Positions 52,069-61,796 of a stretch of 64,000 nucleotides of DNA are shown here, in pieces (positions within the stretch are counted from its first letter, which is position 1; each line of letters starts with the position of its first letter). Where the stretch lies: IMG/VR virus record IMGVR_UViG_3300045988_126262; one strand, written 5' to 3'. Below the pieces are notes generated by a model. The model ran no database searches and was not told the origin of the DNA. It saw only the letters and a program-made list of their open reading frames with translations. A program made the position numbers and the translations under genes. This DNA comes from a virus.

Positions 52069-55000
52069 ATGAAGATATACGAAACCATCATGATAGACAT
52101 TAAAAACATACAAGGAGATACTATTTTATCAGTTCCTATAACAGAAGAATGTGTTCATGTAGAAGAATTGATGAAATCCGATTATGTAGAATTGTCGTGG
52201 AACTCGGACCAAAATGAAGAGATTCCGGTAGGGGCTTATATCATACTCGATGGTGAGAAATATTCTCTTTTGGATCCATATAATCCAGAACAAAAGAACG
52301 AGGTCAAATTTCAATACAAACCACAATTTCATTCGAAATTTATATCATGGGGTAAAGTGCCTTTTTTCATGTATTCTTATGATGAGAATAACGAGATAAC
52401 TAATCGGGAGCCGGATTGGTCTCTTACCGATAACCCGGCCAATTTCATGAGTGTTATTTGTAAGGCTATCGAGAACGAAACCGGGGATACATGGACTTAC
52501 GCCGTCGATTCTTCTCTTAACGCTTCCACTTCTTTGTCTTTCCAATCAATCGACATATTGTCTGCCTTGAACAGTATAGCATCTGCGTTTGATACAGAAT
52601 GGTGGGTTGAGAAAGATTCCATGATTATTCATCTGTCGAAATCCGAACATGGAGCTGTTGTTTCTCTCGAAGTTGGTGAAAACATCAATACACCTTCGGT
52701 CACGGAGGGAAAAGATGGGTATTATACCCGATTTTACGCATTCGGGTCAACTCGAAACATCGTACAGGAATACAAAGGTGCTAATGTCAACAATTTGGTC
52801 AACAAACGGCTGACTCTTGACCCTAAAAAATATCCGAACGGATATAAAGATATAAGGCCAAACCTTCAACAGGGAGAGATATTTAGCAAAATCCTCCAGT
52901 TCGATGATATATACCCTTCATCGGAACTCTCCATATCAGATGTCAGATTCCGCCTTATGTGGCGTATAGACTCGGAAACGAATGATAAAATACAGATAGG
53001 CACAGATGAAAACGGAGACCCTATATACGACCAATATGCGATATGGTATTTTCAAATACCGGAATTTAACTTCGACAATTCCACTTATGACGAAGAAAAA
53101 AATCCGAATGGTATGCTTATACCCAATAAAGTACCTTCGGTACATTTCCAATCGGGGGCTTTGCAAGGTATGGAATTTGAGCTTATATACCATGATGAGA
53201 GTAAAACAATAACAAGTGATGACGGCATAAGCTTCGAAGTCAAAAAAGGAGATTTCGAGATTAAATATAAAGAGGAAGAAGGTAACTATATTATCCCTGC
53301 TATTACGGGACTTATACCGTCGGAAAATGACGATATTATCCTATTCAACGTCAAAATGCCGGAAGAATATACAGATTCGGCGTACATACGTCTAGAAACG
53401 GCTATGAACGAAGAAATAGAACGGCTTTCTTCCGACCAAAACAATTACCAGTTTTCATCTAATCCTGTGGTGTTCAATGAAAACAATCCTGATTTATCCA
53501 TAGGAAGAAAAGTCGAATACATAAACGCAGGATATTCATATGTTACTCGTGTTATAAGCCTTACAACCAAACTCGACTATCCTTGCGAACAGACTATTAC
53601 CATCGGGAACAACCTAATAAAAGGGAATACGCAAGAACTGAAAGAAGAGGTTGCATCTGCCAATAAGAATATCGACTTGATTTCTGCCATCAATGATATG
53701 ACGGCTTCCCTGCAACAATCGTATCAACGGACTGTAAAACAAATGCAGGAAGGATTTGCCCGTATTAACGATATGTGGAAATTCGACACAGAGTTGGAAA
53801 ATACGATATACTCGAAATTTAATGTGTATTCACAGGGTGGAATATCCGCTCTTGGTGTATGGCGTGGGGAAGGGGGTGGCGGTGGTGAAGGAGGGCTCAT
53901 CAAGCTCGTGTATGGGTTCGACGATCTGGGCGGCGCATTCGACAACGCCACCCTTACCGATACCTTCAACGCCTATACCATCAACGAGATTTGGAAACTC
54001 GCCAACGCCGGCGCATCTACGATAGGTACAGGCAATGTGGTGACGGCCGTCAGCAAAACGGGCGGTAACATCGTTGTCACCAAAGGCATCACCCTGTACG
54101 ATTGGGTGCAGCAGCCGAACAAGCCTACCTATTCGCTGGCCGAGATAAACAACGTGAGCGGCACATATACGGGGCTGACCGTAGGCAATGCGAACAACGC
54201 CGATTATGCCACGAATGCCGGATATGCCGTCTCGTCAGGAAATTCTGCCAACACGAGCGCTTTCGCGAACAAGGACATTTACCACTATCAAGAGGCGGGC
54301 TGGATTATTCTGTCATCGCATAAGTATATAGATTCCGAGAGTCGTTGGTATTGGAACAAGATTGCTACCGTCACGGACAGTCATACGAATTACTCGGGCG
54401 TGGTCATCGAAATCGAAGCCGTCGAGGATTATGTGACCGGAGGAGCCGTTTACGGAAGGCTTTACCTTACCTGTGGGGAGGGTGCTATATCCCTTAACTT
54501 GATGACCATGCAGAAGTGTCAATCCCAGAGGGACCTGTACATACATGCCTGTATAGACAAGAGCGGGAACGTGTGGGTGAAAACGAATACGCAATGGCAT
54601 AACCAGTTCCGGTTCAGAACTGTCGGAAAAGAGTACCTCTATATCGACACATATACGAGCGATATAGAAACCACTCTCGACAAACCTGCCGACACGAGCG
54701 AGGAGATAGAAAACCGGATAGTCGTGCTCCGGGACGGTAATTTTACTTATTTCTCGAACTCCCGTCTCGACAACGTCACTTGCAGCCAAGCCGATAAATT
54801 AGCCAGTTCCCGGACGATTTGGGGAAATTCGTTTGACGGTACGGGTGACGTTTCGGGTAATCTGACAGATGTAGGCAGCATTTCCATGAGCGGAGATATA
54901 AATGGGGTTGAAAGAATTTACTGTTCAGGAGTCGTGGCGGAAACCGGTAGCAAGAGGGTTACTATCTATAATGGCGGAATATTGGCCACAAACTATCTCC

Positions 55001-55461
55001 GTTCGAACGGGTATATCACATCGGACGGTAACATCACGGCCGGAGGGGATATATCGTCGCAAGGCAATATCTCGGCACAAGGCTCGGTCACCGCCTTGAC
55101 GACCTCGGACAAACGTTTGAAGCGGGATTTCGACCACACCCGAAGTTATACCGACAGGCTCTTGGCGATGGGCAGGGTATGCGATTTCCGATACACCGAA
55201 AAAGCACGGAAGCGTAACAAGGGCGGCGTGGACGGGAAAGCCCATACGGGGCTGATCTATCAAAAGGTGAAAGAGGTATTGCCATCGATGGCCTACGAAA
55301 CGGGGGACGGTTACGGCGCCCTTAATTACCTCTCACCCGACTATATCAACACCATCGCCGGTGCAACGCAGGAGACAGCCCGTCTGGTTAAAGCCCTTAA
55401 AAAAGAGGTGGAACGATTGAAAAAGGAATTGTCCGAATTAAAAGGGAAAGGAGGAAAGTGA
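52069..55461 (+). CDS. Tail-associated/tail spike protein with C-terminal S74 intramolecular chaperone domain
   Basis: 1130 aa. C-terminus TSDKRLKRDFD...GLIYQKVKEVLP...coiled coil matches the peptidase S74 autoprocessing domain. Internal GEGGGGGEGG linker. Confidence 0.75.
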   Translation: MKIYETIMIDIKNIQGDTILSVPITEECVHVEELMKSDYVELSWNSDQNEEIPVGAYIILDGEKYSLLDPYNPEQKNEVKFQYKPQFHSKFISWGKVPFFMYSYDENNEITNREPDWSLTDNPANFMSVICKAIENETGDTWTYAVDSSLNASTSLSFQSIDILSALNSIASAFDTEWWVEKDSMIIHLSKSEHGAVVSLEVGENINTPSVTEGKDGYYTRFYAFGSTRNIVQEYKGANVNNLVNKRLTLDPKKYPNGYKDIRPNLQQGEIFSKILQFDDIYPSSELSISDVRFRLMWRIDSETNDKIQIGTDENGDPIYDQYAIWYFQIPEFNFDNSTYDEEKNPNGMLIPNKVPSVHFQSGALQGMEFELIYHDESKTITSDDGISFEVKKGDFEIKYKEEEGNYIIPAITGLIPSENDDIILFNVKMPEEYTDSAYIRLETAMNEEIERLSSDQNNYQFSSNPVVFNENNPDLSIGRKVEYINAGYSYVTRVISLTTKLDYPCEQTITIGNNLIKGNTQELKEEVASANKNIDLISAINDMTASLQQSYQRTVKQMQEGFARINDMWKFDTELENTIYSKFNVYSQGGISALGVWRGEGGGGGEGGLIKLVYGFDDLGGAFDNATLTDTFNAYTINEIWKLANAGASTIGTGNVVTAVSKTGGNIVVTKGITLYDWVQQPNKPTYSLAEINNVSGTYTGLTVGNANNADYATNAGYAVSSGNSANTSAFANKDIYHYQEAGWIILSSHKYIDSESRWYWNKIATVTDSHTNYSGVVIEIEAVEDYVTGGAVYGRLYLTCGEGAISLNLMTMQKCQSQRDLYIHACIDKSGNVWVKTNTQWHNQFRFRTVGKEYLYIDTYTSDIETTLDKPADTSEEIENRIVVLRDGNFTYFSNSRLDNVTCSQADKLASSRTIWGNSFDGTGDVSGNLTDVGSISMSGDINGVERIYCSGVVAETGSKRVTIYNGGILATNYLRSNGYITSDGNITAGGDISSQGNISAQGSVTALTTSDKRLKRDFDHTRSYTDRLLAMGRVCDFRYTEKARKRNKGGVDGKAHTGLIYQKVKEVLPSMAYETGDGYGALNYLSPDYINTIAGATQETARLVKALKKEVERLKKELSELKGKGGK

Positions 55462-55465
55462 GCGT

Positions 55466-56737
55466 ATGGCCATCGATAAAAACAAGATCGTAGCCCCGGT
55501 AGCGATAACCGACCCGTATAACCTGCTGGGAATATACCCGAAGAACGGGGTATGGGACGTGGCCGACATCGTTGCCCTCGAACGCCCCCTGTTGCAGGGT
55601 GGCCGTCCGGGACGTATCAACAAATGGAGTCGTCATAAACCCGTGCGCTATCCGCAGGCTGCACCGCTATCCGACAACTATCCTCAGCAATCCGGCGGGG
55701 TCACTACATACGTCGATCAATGGGAAGGGAGCGACACCGACAAAAATCAGGGCATACGTTATGGGCTGAAAGCCACGATACCGCACGGCACGAATATCGT
55801 CGCTATCCATGATACCTCCTTCGACTATGTGGCCTATCCCCACCCGGGTACGGATTTTTGTCGCCTGAGCGATTTCGACGGCTACGACCACAATGCGGAA
55901 CCTAATCTTATCGGAAGTAAAATTGACGAAATCAGTGCGGACGTGCCGCATCTTTTTGTCGATATTAACTATTACGATACTTCGGTGAATCCTACCGGCG
56001 TACCCGTCGAATCATGGCTGTCGCTGGCCTCCGACAAGAGTATCGGCGATTATTATCCGGCTATTTTGGCAACCGATGGAAATGGAAGCAGTTTTGCCCG
56101 ATTGCTGACGAACGCCTCGACAAACACCGTAACCACCTTACGGGTGGGCAATGTGTGGTACTCCGCTTTCAAGGTCAAGTTTTTCAGTGACGGTACTACT
56201 CCGCCGATACTTCCTGTCGGACAGAGCGACACATTTCCGGGGGAGGATTCGATAGGGACGAATTTGAAGGTGACATTGTTCCTTATCGATAAGAAGTCGT
56301 TCGAATACTGGACAGGGGTCGACAAACAGATCACCGTGGCGGATTATTTCCCCATACCCACATCGATAGCTATGACAGCCGAGATAAACAGCACATATAC
56401 CCCGATTAAAATCGTGGATTTCACTTTCCTTTCGAGTTACTTTCAGGTGCGTATCAGTTTTCCGAACGGAAATCCTCCGGTGGGTGAGAAATACACCTTC
56501 CGCATTTCGGGGTCCGGATTCCTCGCGATATATGATTACGAATACAAGGGAGCAGGGATTCTCATTTTGAATATCCCTTTGGGGACGATACATCCGGACC
56601 TTCCACCGGGAACCCATACCTATTACCTGACCTGTTCCGTGTATGGGGTCTCCTCGTCGGGTGAGGCCGGCGTTCAACTCGACTCCCTATCCAAAAACGT
56701 GACATTTGACATTCCCGACAGCGGGATTATCAGTTAA
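55466..56737 (+). CDS. Tail fibre/receptor-binding module protein (423 aa)
   Basis: Position in the tail fibre block; higher GC than the surroundings. Confidence 0.55.
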   Translation: MAIDKNKIVAPVAITDPYNLLGIYPKNGVWDVADIVALERPLLQGGRPGRINKWSRHKPVRYPQAAPLSDNYPQQSGGVTTYVDQWEGSDTDKNQGIRYGLKATIPHGTNIVAIHDTSFDYVAYPHPGTDFCRLSDFDGYDHNAEPNLIGSKIDEISADVPHLFVDINYYDTSVNPTGVPVESWLSLASDKSIGDYYPAILATDGNGSSFARLLTNASTNTVTTLRVGNVWYSAFKVKFFSDGTTPPILPVGQSDTFPGEDSIGTNLKVTLFLIDKKSFEYWTGVDKQITVADYFPIPTSIAMTAEINSTYTPIKIVDFTFLSSYFQVRISFPNGNPPVGEKYTFRISGSGFLAIYDYEYKGAGILILNIPLGTIHPDLPPGTHTYYLTCSVYGVSSSGEAGVQLDSLSKNVTFDIPDSGIIS

Positions 56738-56755
56738 CCATAAATACAAAACATT

Positions 56756-56995
56756 ATGATTGAGTTAGTAAAAATCAGCGAAAACATCAGCCGTTCGTTC
56801 AACGGAAAAGAGACTGTGGAAACCCTGCAAGCGGTCAATTACCGAATTGTGGAAAACGGTGTGGAAAAAGGTCATGTCACTGTCGGGCAAGGCAGTTTTA
56901 ACATGAATGTCTATTCCATGACCTCCACGGTCGAGGAGACAAAGGGCCTTGTGGAAAAAATGTTCAACGCATTATCCGATGGCAGCGATGAGTGA
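56756..56995 (+). CDS. Hypothetical protein (79 aa)
   Basis: ATG ORF in the tail fibre block. Confidence 0.5.
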   Translation: MIELVKISENISRSFNGKETVETLQAVNYRIVENGVEKGHVTVGQGSFNMNVYSMTSTVEETKGLVEKMFNALSDGSDE

Positions 56996-57326
56996 CAAAA
57001 AGTACGAAGAGAAATACTCATGGGAGGATATTAAGTTTACCATTGGCTTTGAGGACAGAAACAAGCAGCCCATCGATGCCGAGACGAAGAAGTTTAAGTT
57101 CATCTACAAGGACGAGGCCGGTTGTTGTTGCGAAGTGAGCTATGACGGAAAGACACGTAAGAACTGTGTGTTCCGTGACGGCGTGCTGTACGGCATATTC
57201 AATTCCGGGACTTTCCGCTATGGCTTGCTCACGGTCGAGAGGCATTACTGGATAGAGGATGCCGATTTCGATGACGGCAAATGGGACTATGGAGATGTTT
57301 ACAAAACCAATATAATCATCAAGTGA
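56988..57326 (+). CDS. Hypothetical protein (112 aa)
   Basis: First ATG is 56988 (track TTG 56949); overlaps the upstream stop. Confidence 0.5.
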   Translation: MSDKKYEEKYSWEDIKFTIGFEDRNKQPIDAETKKFKFIYKDEAGCCCEVSYDGKTRKNCVFRDGVLYGIFNSGTFRYGLLTVERHYWIEDADFDDGKWDYGDVYKTNIIIK

Positions 57327-57327
57327 T

Positions 57328-58836
57328 ATGGCAGATAGTGATTGCATAATCGTTCATGAGCAGGTGGTAGTACCCGATGCCGCCGTGGTGGAGGAAATGG
57401 TTGCCTTGCCCGGTGAAAAAGGTGACAAGGGAGACCCTTTTACCTACGACGATTTTACGCCGGAGCAAATCGCCGAGCTTCAACGCCCTGCGACAGAGGC
57501 GGCGGCAGTTGCCAATCAAGCGGCTGAAAAGGCAAACAAGGCGGCCACGGATATAGAGGCTCTCGGCGACAGGTTGACGGCAGAAGAAGCGAAACGGGAA
57601 TCGGCTGAAAGCGGCCGTGCCTCGGCAGAGAGTGATAGAGCCGAAGCGGAAGTTCTAAGAGAGACGAGTTTTTCCCAAATGCAAACTACGCTCGAAGGGC
57701 TTATTTCCGATACAAACACAGCCACATCGAACGCCAACACAGCGGCGGGAAATGCGGAGAATGCCGCAACGGAAGCTAACAACTCGGCAACTCTCGCTAA
57801 TGCGGCAGCCGATAAAGCTAACCAAGCGGCGGAGAGCATAGACGATAAAATCTCCGGGAAACAAGACAGATTGATTAGTGGAGAAAACGTCGAAATAAAA
57901 GACAACATTATTTCTGCGCAGGGGATAAACGGGAAATTATTCGAAGATACGAGTAAAACCTACCAGCTGTATTATTTTAAAAACGGTTTGTTTTTTTATT
58001 GCAACAAGGATAGCAGGCTTGCCTGTTGGAATGAACAGACAGGAGAAGATACAGTTTATGATGAAATCACGTTAAATATACATTCATATCTCTATAATAG
58101 AAACTCTTGCTTCGTTTATAAAGACGGTAAAATCATTGTACCTAACAGTAGTGCCATCACCTGCTGGGATTTAGATACACGAACTAAGATATGGACTTTA
58201 TCAGAACCGTACTATAATTGCAACTTCGTCGAATATAAGGACTTCGTTTATTTTTACAAAAATGATGGCGTTCTACGACTGATAGATTTTGAAACCGGTC
58301 TCACTGAAAAAGAATTCGATCTGAAAGAATTGTCCGGAGCCTCTATTTCAGATATTCAGAATTTCGGGCAATGCGAATACAACGAATTCAATTATTTCCT
58401 GTCGTACAGTAATTTGTTTAAAATCGACAGTTCCAACGGCGATATTTCATTTGTCGGAAAAATAGAAGGTTCAGGATATAACATTATCGTCTATTTCAAA
58501 AGTGCGGCTTATGTTATAAGCCATCAAAAGATTTGTACGATAGAGATGTCAAACATAGAGAACGGAACTCTTGCCAAGAAAAACGAAGCGGGATATACCA
58601 TGAATACTTATGTCAATGTTTCCCCAAGCGATTCATTGATGGACAATTCGATTTATGGTTATAAATATAAACTCACTTTCAACAGCTTGTACTACAATAT
58701 TTATGTATATGCAGATATAAATATGGACGAGTATGCCGGTAGGGTGGTAAAGGGAGATTCCGGGTATATACAAATTCCTAACCCTAATTTGGAAAATGGA
58801 AAACTTCTGTATCCGAGGTATAAAAAATTCAATTGA
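57328..58836 (+). CDS. Tail fibre protein with a collagen-like triplet stretch, Ala-rich coiled coil and beta-propeller-like C-terminus
   Basis: GEKGDKGDP triplets; a long A/E/N-rich heptad region; the C-terminal 300 aa are rich in aromatic/Asn repeats. Confidence 0.65.
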   Translation: MADSDCIIVHEQVVVPDAAVVEEMVALPGEKGDKGDPFTYDDFTPEQIAELQRPATEAAAVANQAAEKANKAATDIEALGDRLTAEEAKRESAESGRASAESDRAEAEVLRETSFSQMQTTLEGLISDTNTATSNANTAAGNAENAATEANNSATLANAAADKANQAAESIDDKISGKQDRLISGENVEIKDNIISAQGINGKLFEDTSKTYQLYYFKNGLFFYCNKDSRLACWNEQTGEDTVYDEITLNIHSYLYNRNSCFVYKDGKIIVPNSSAITCWDLDTRTKIWTLSEPYYNCNFVEYKDFVYFYKNDGVLRLIDFETGLTEKEFDLKELSGASISDIQNFGQCEYNEFNYFLSYSNLFKIDSSNGDISFVGKIEGSGYNIIVYFKSAAYVISHQKICTIEMSNIENGTLAKKNEAGYTMNTYVNVSPSDSLMDNSIYGYKYKLTFNSLYYNIYVYADINMDEYAGRVVKGDSGYIQIPNPNLENGKLLYPRYKKFN

Positions 58837-58837
58837 T

Positions 58838-59224
58838 ATGATACAAGTTAAAATATACGACGAAAGAGTCACTAATATTTATTATGGCGAAACCCTGATA
58901 GAAGGATTCATACGAATAGATTCTATCCCATCTCCCGAAGAGATACCCGGAAAAATACCCGTGATGTATTACCGGAACGGTGCGATAGTCTATGAGTACG
59001 AGGCCGCACCGGAAGCGACGGATAACGGCACGGAAACACCACCTGCCCAAATAGACTACGGAGAAACGGTAAACGGATTGATCCGTCGGAAATATACCTT
59101 GTCGGAGGAGTTGGCGATACTTCGGCAAAGAGATACGAAAGCAGAGGAGTTCGAGGCTTATAACGCCTATGCGGAATCCTGCAAAGAGGAAGCTATATTG
59201 TTAATCGAAAAACAGAAACATTGA
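58838..59224 (+). CDS. Hypothetical protein (128 aa), possible fibre assembly factor
   Basis: First ATG is 58838, immediately after the fibre gene. Confidence 0.45.
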   Translation: MIQVKIYDERVTNIYYGETLIEGFIRIDSIPSPEEIPGKIPVMYYRNGAIVYEYEAAPEATDNGTETPPAQIDYGETVNGLIRRKYTLSEELAILRQRDTKAEEFEAYNAYAESCKEEAILLIEKQKH

Positions 59225-59225
59225 T

Positions 59226-59849
59226 ATGGGAGGGATAAACGAGGCTACGGAGGTGGCCAGAGGGATAAGCGAACAGGGGTTCTTGGTGATGACCGCAGCA
59301 TTCTTCTTGGTGTTGTCGGCCATGATGATGGTGGCCTGCTTCAAGTGGTTCAAGTCGATTATCACCAAGAGTATGGAGGATTACGGCGAATCCCTGAAAG
59401 AGCTTATCGAAAAGACGAACGACCAGAATAATATGTTGTCCGACATATCGGAAGGGTTGAGGCAGGAAACCTTGTTGCGCTTGAAAGTGGTTATAAGCAA
59501 CGCTATTGACTTGTCTGTCGAGCAGGTATGCCGGATTATTAAAGACGTCCGAGAGGAGAACAACATCGACAAGAAGGAGCAGACAAAAAAGAAAATACAC
59601 GCAAGGGTGTGGAATGTTCAAGACGAGCGGGCAAACGGCTTTAACTATTTCACCTATCACGGCAAGAAGCTCTCCGATTTCACCAACCCGAAATGGGGTG
59701 AATGGGTGGCTGACGTGGTAGAGAGCGAGGTCTATTCTGACAAAGTTAACAACGGTAGAGCCTATGCCAATGTGAAGCAAGTTTACGAAAGGATAAAACA
59801 CGATTTTTTTAACAGATTAGAAAATGGAAACGATGAAAGCAATTTATGA
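59226..59849 (+). CDS. Membrane-anchored protein (207 aa)
   Basis: N-terminal TM FLVMTAAFFLVLSAMMMVACF. Confidence 0.55.
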   Translation: MGGINEATEVARGISEQGFLVMTAAFFLVLSAMMMVACFKWFKSIITKSMEDYGESLKELIEKTNDQNNMLSDISEGLRQETLLRLKVVISNAIDLSVEQVCRIIKDVREENNIDKKEQTKKKIHARVWNVQDERANGFNYFTYHGKKLSDFTNPKWGEWVADVVESEVYSDKVNNGRAYANVKQVYERIKHDFFNRLENGNDESNL

Positions 59850-60102
59850 CAAATTGGTAAAGTGGATTGAAAATATTCCCCACGACAAGCTGCTGCATTT
59901 TATCGCAGGAGGTGTCATCGCCTCTTTCTTCGCCATCGTGATAGGTGCGACGGCGGAATATTGTGTGCTGTTCTCTGCCATAGCGGGCTGTATCAAGGAG
60001 GCTGTCGACGAGTGGAGGAAGCCGGGGGCTTGGTCGTATGCCGACTTGCTGGCGACCATACTGGGAGGGCTGGTGATTCAAATCGAGGTTTGGATTGCCT
60101 GA
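59824..60102 (+). CDS. Small multi-TM protein, holin candidate
   Basis: 92 aa with 2-3 hydrophobic segments; lies upstream of the endolysin (separated from it by an inserted module). Confidence 0.45.
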   Translation: METMKAIYDKLVKWIENIPHDKLLHFIAGGVIASFFAIVIGATAEYCVLFSAIAGCIKEAVDEWRKPGAWSYADLLATILGGLVIQIEVWIA

Positions 60103-60235
60103 CGAAAAAAATGAATTTTTATAACCCGGCGACGGGAAAGCGTTCTTTGACTTCTTGGAATCACCGTTTGATTTATCGTAAAAAAGTATAAGAATTGGTT
60201 GCATGTTACGATATTTTTTGTTACTTTGCAACAAG

Positions 60236-60715
60236 ATGATAAGCGATACCTATAAATACGATAGCGTTACGGTTGCAAACTATATCATTGCGTTTGCTAA
60301 CCAGAATAAGTTTTTCATTAACATGACTAAGCTTCAAAAGTTGTTGTATATAGCTTATGGAGTATATCTTTACGTAAAGAACGAACGCTTGACAAACGAG
60401 CACCCTCAGGCTTGGCCGTATGGTCCGGTTTTCCCGACCACTCGAAATAAATTGATAAAAAAGGATTTTTCAGAAATTTCCCTTTCTGATGAAAACCTTG
60501 AAAAAATAGCCCGTGATTCCGAAATGGAATCTCTGATGAAACTGGTCTTTGGCAGCTATGGTTCTAAAACTGCCGCCTATCTGACGGAATGGTCTCACAA
60601 GCCCGGTTCTCCGTGGGATAGGACCGTTAAGCAGCCTTCATTCAGCTGGGGGGATAGAATCCCGGATAGTTATATCCAAGAGTATTTTAAGACACTAATT
60701 TCTCCCAAAGCATGA
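60236..60715 (+). CDS. Panacea (DUF4065/SocA-like) domain antitoxin candidate (PanA)
   Basis: MTKLQKLLYIAYGVYL...AWPYGPVFPT is a strong match to the DUF4065 core. A TTACTTTG -7-like box lies at 60221-60228; alternative ATG at 60203. Confidence 0.75.
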   Translation: MISDTYKYDSVTVANYIIAFANQNKFFINMTKLQKLLYIAYGVYLYVKNERLTNEHPQAWPYGPVFPTTRNKLIKKDFSEISLSDENLEKIARDSEMESLMKLVFGSYGSKTAAYLTEWSHKPGSPWDRTVKQPSFSWGDRIPDSYIQEYFKTLISPKA

Positions 60716-61059
60716 CTAAACAGAAAGATTCTTTTAGCGGCTTGGATTTACGTAGTGAGAATGGTGTCCATATTTCTCCCGACTCAAATTTGGGCGATAT
60801 AGACGACAAGAATTTATCCGAACAAATACGGGAGCGATATTCACAAGATACACAATTTCGTAAACATTTGGCCAGATGGGTCATGTGGATTATCCCCATA
60901 TGGTTATTCATAGTAATTGCCATTCTTGTATTTTGCGGGATCGGATTATTTTCATTGGGACCGGAAATATTGATAGCTCTATTGGCTACGACGACTATCA
61001 ATGTATTAGGTTTAGCCAATATCGTATTAAAGGGTATTTTCCCGAACAGAAAAAAATAA
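60712..61059 (+). CDS. Two-TM membrane protein, candidate PanA-associated toxin
   Basis: ATGA overlap with the PanA-like gene; TM segments WVMWIIPIWLFIVIAILVFCGIGLF and ILIALLATTTINVLGLANIVL. Confidence 0.6.
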   Translation: MTKQKDSFSGLDLRSENGVHISPDSNLGDIDDKNLSEQIRERYSQDTQFRKHLARWVMWIIPIWLFIVIAILVFCGIGLFSLGPEILIALLATTTINVLGLANIVLKGIFPNRKK

Positions 61060-61070
61060 ACATTGCTCAC

Positions 61071-61259
61071 ATGGATACAAAAGGTTCATTCCCCTATGTC
61101 CAGAACTCGTCCGATACGGATTCTCAACCTCCGATACCGGCTGATTATTCTCCAAAATTCGATGAAAGTTATTTAAATTCTTTAATCGAAAAGGCTTACC
61201 CTCGTCTAAAAGATGTCGACCCTGTACAATGGCTCGATGAATTGAGGAGAGAGGATTGA
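61071..61259 (+). CDS. Small acidic hypothetical protein (62 aa)
   Basis: First ATG in the track ORF 60876-61259; 11 nt after the upstream stop. Confidence 0.4.
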   Translation: MDTKGSFPYVQNSSDTDSQPPIPADYSPKFDESYLNSLIEKAYPRLKDVDPVQWLDELRRED

Positions 61260-61340
61260 TAATGCCTTCGGCCTACGTTTGTCCCATTTTCAATAACGGA
61301 TAAGCCTAACCCTAAGGCTACTCTCCCATACATTCGTTAC

Positions 61341-61374
61341 AAGCGGTGATTCTAAAAAAGTCACCGCTTTTTTT
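61341..61374 (+). terminator. Intrinsic terminator
   Basis: AAGCGGTGA (61341-61349) / TCACCGCTT (61361-61369) followed by TTTTT. Confidence 0.75.
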
Positions 61375-61391
61375 GTCGCCAAAAATGAAGA

Positions 61392-61796
61392 ATGGATATG
61401 AAATACTTCACGATGAAAGAACTCACAAAGAGCTCGACGGCCGATAAACTGGGTATAGACAATACCCCTACTCCCGAAGCGTCGGCCCAGTTGTCGAACC
61501 TTGTCACCCATGTTTTAGACCCACTGCGGGAGATGTACGGAAAGGCGATAACCGTCAATTCGGGCTATCGTTGTCCCAAACTCAATGCCGCTGTGGGTGG
61601 TGCGAAAAACAGCCAGCACATGAGGGGCGAGGCGGCGGACATAACGGCAGGGAGCAAGGAGGAGAACAAGAGGCTGTTCGAGCTTATACGGGATAACCTT
61701 CCCTTCGACCAGCTTTTGAACGAGAGCAATTACAGTTGGGTGCACGTGTCTTATGTGTCTACATCGAAGAACCGGAAACAAATACTGAGCCTATGA
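61392..61796 (+). CDS. Endolysin, peptidase M15 (VanY/L-Ala-D-Glu peptidase-like)
   Basis: FTMKELTKSSTADKLGIDNTP.., SGYRCPKLNAAVGGAKNSQHMRGEAADI and WVHVSY (the H..D..H zinc triad pattern of the M15 family). Confidence 0.85.
   Translation: MDMKYFTMKELTKSSTADKLGIDNTPTPEASAQLSNLVTHVLDPLREMYGKAITVNSGYRCPKLNAAVGGAKNSQHMRGEAADITAGSKEENKRLFELIRDNLPFDQLLNESNYSWVHVSYVSTSKNRKQILSL

Noticed and set aside
57450-57910. Ala/Glu/Asn-rich repetitive DNA in the tail fibre gene as a possible tandem-repeat element
   Set aside because: It is in frame within a long ORF and encodes a heptad-like coiled coil. It is repetitive at the protein level only, not an exact DNA tandem repeat.
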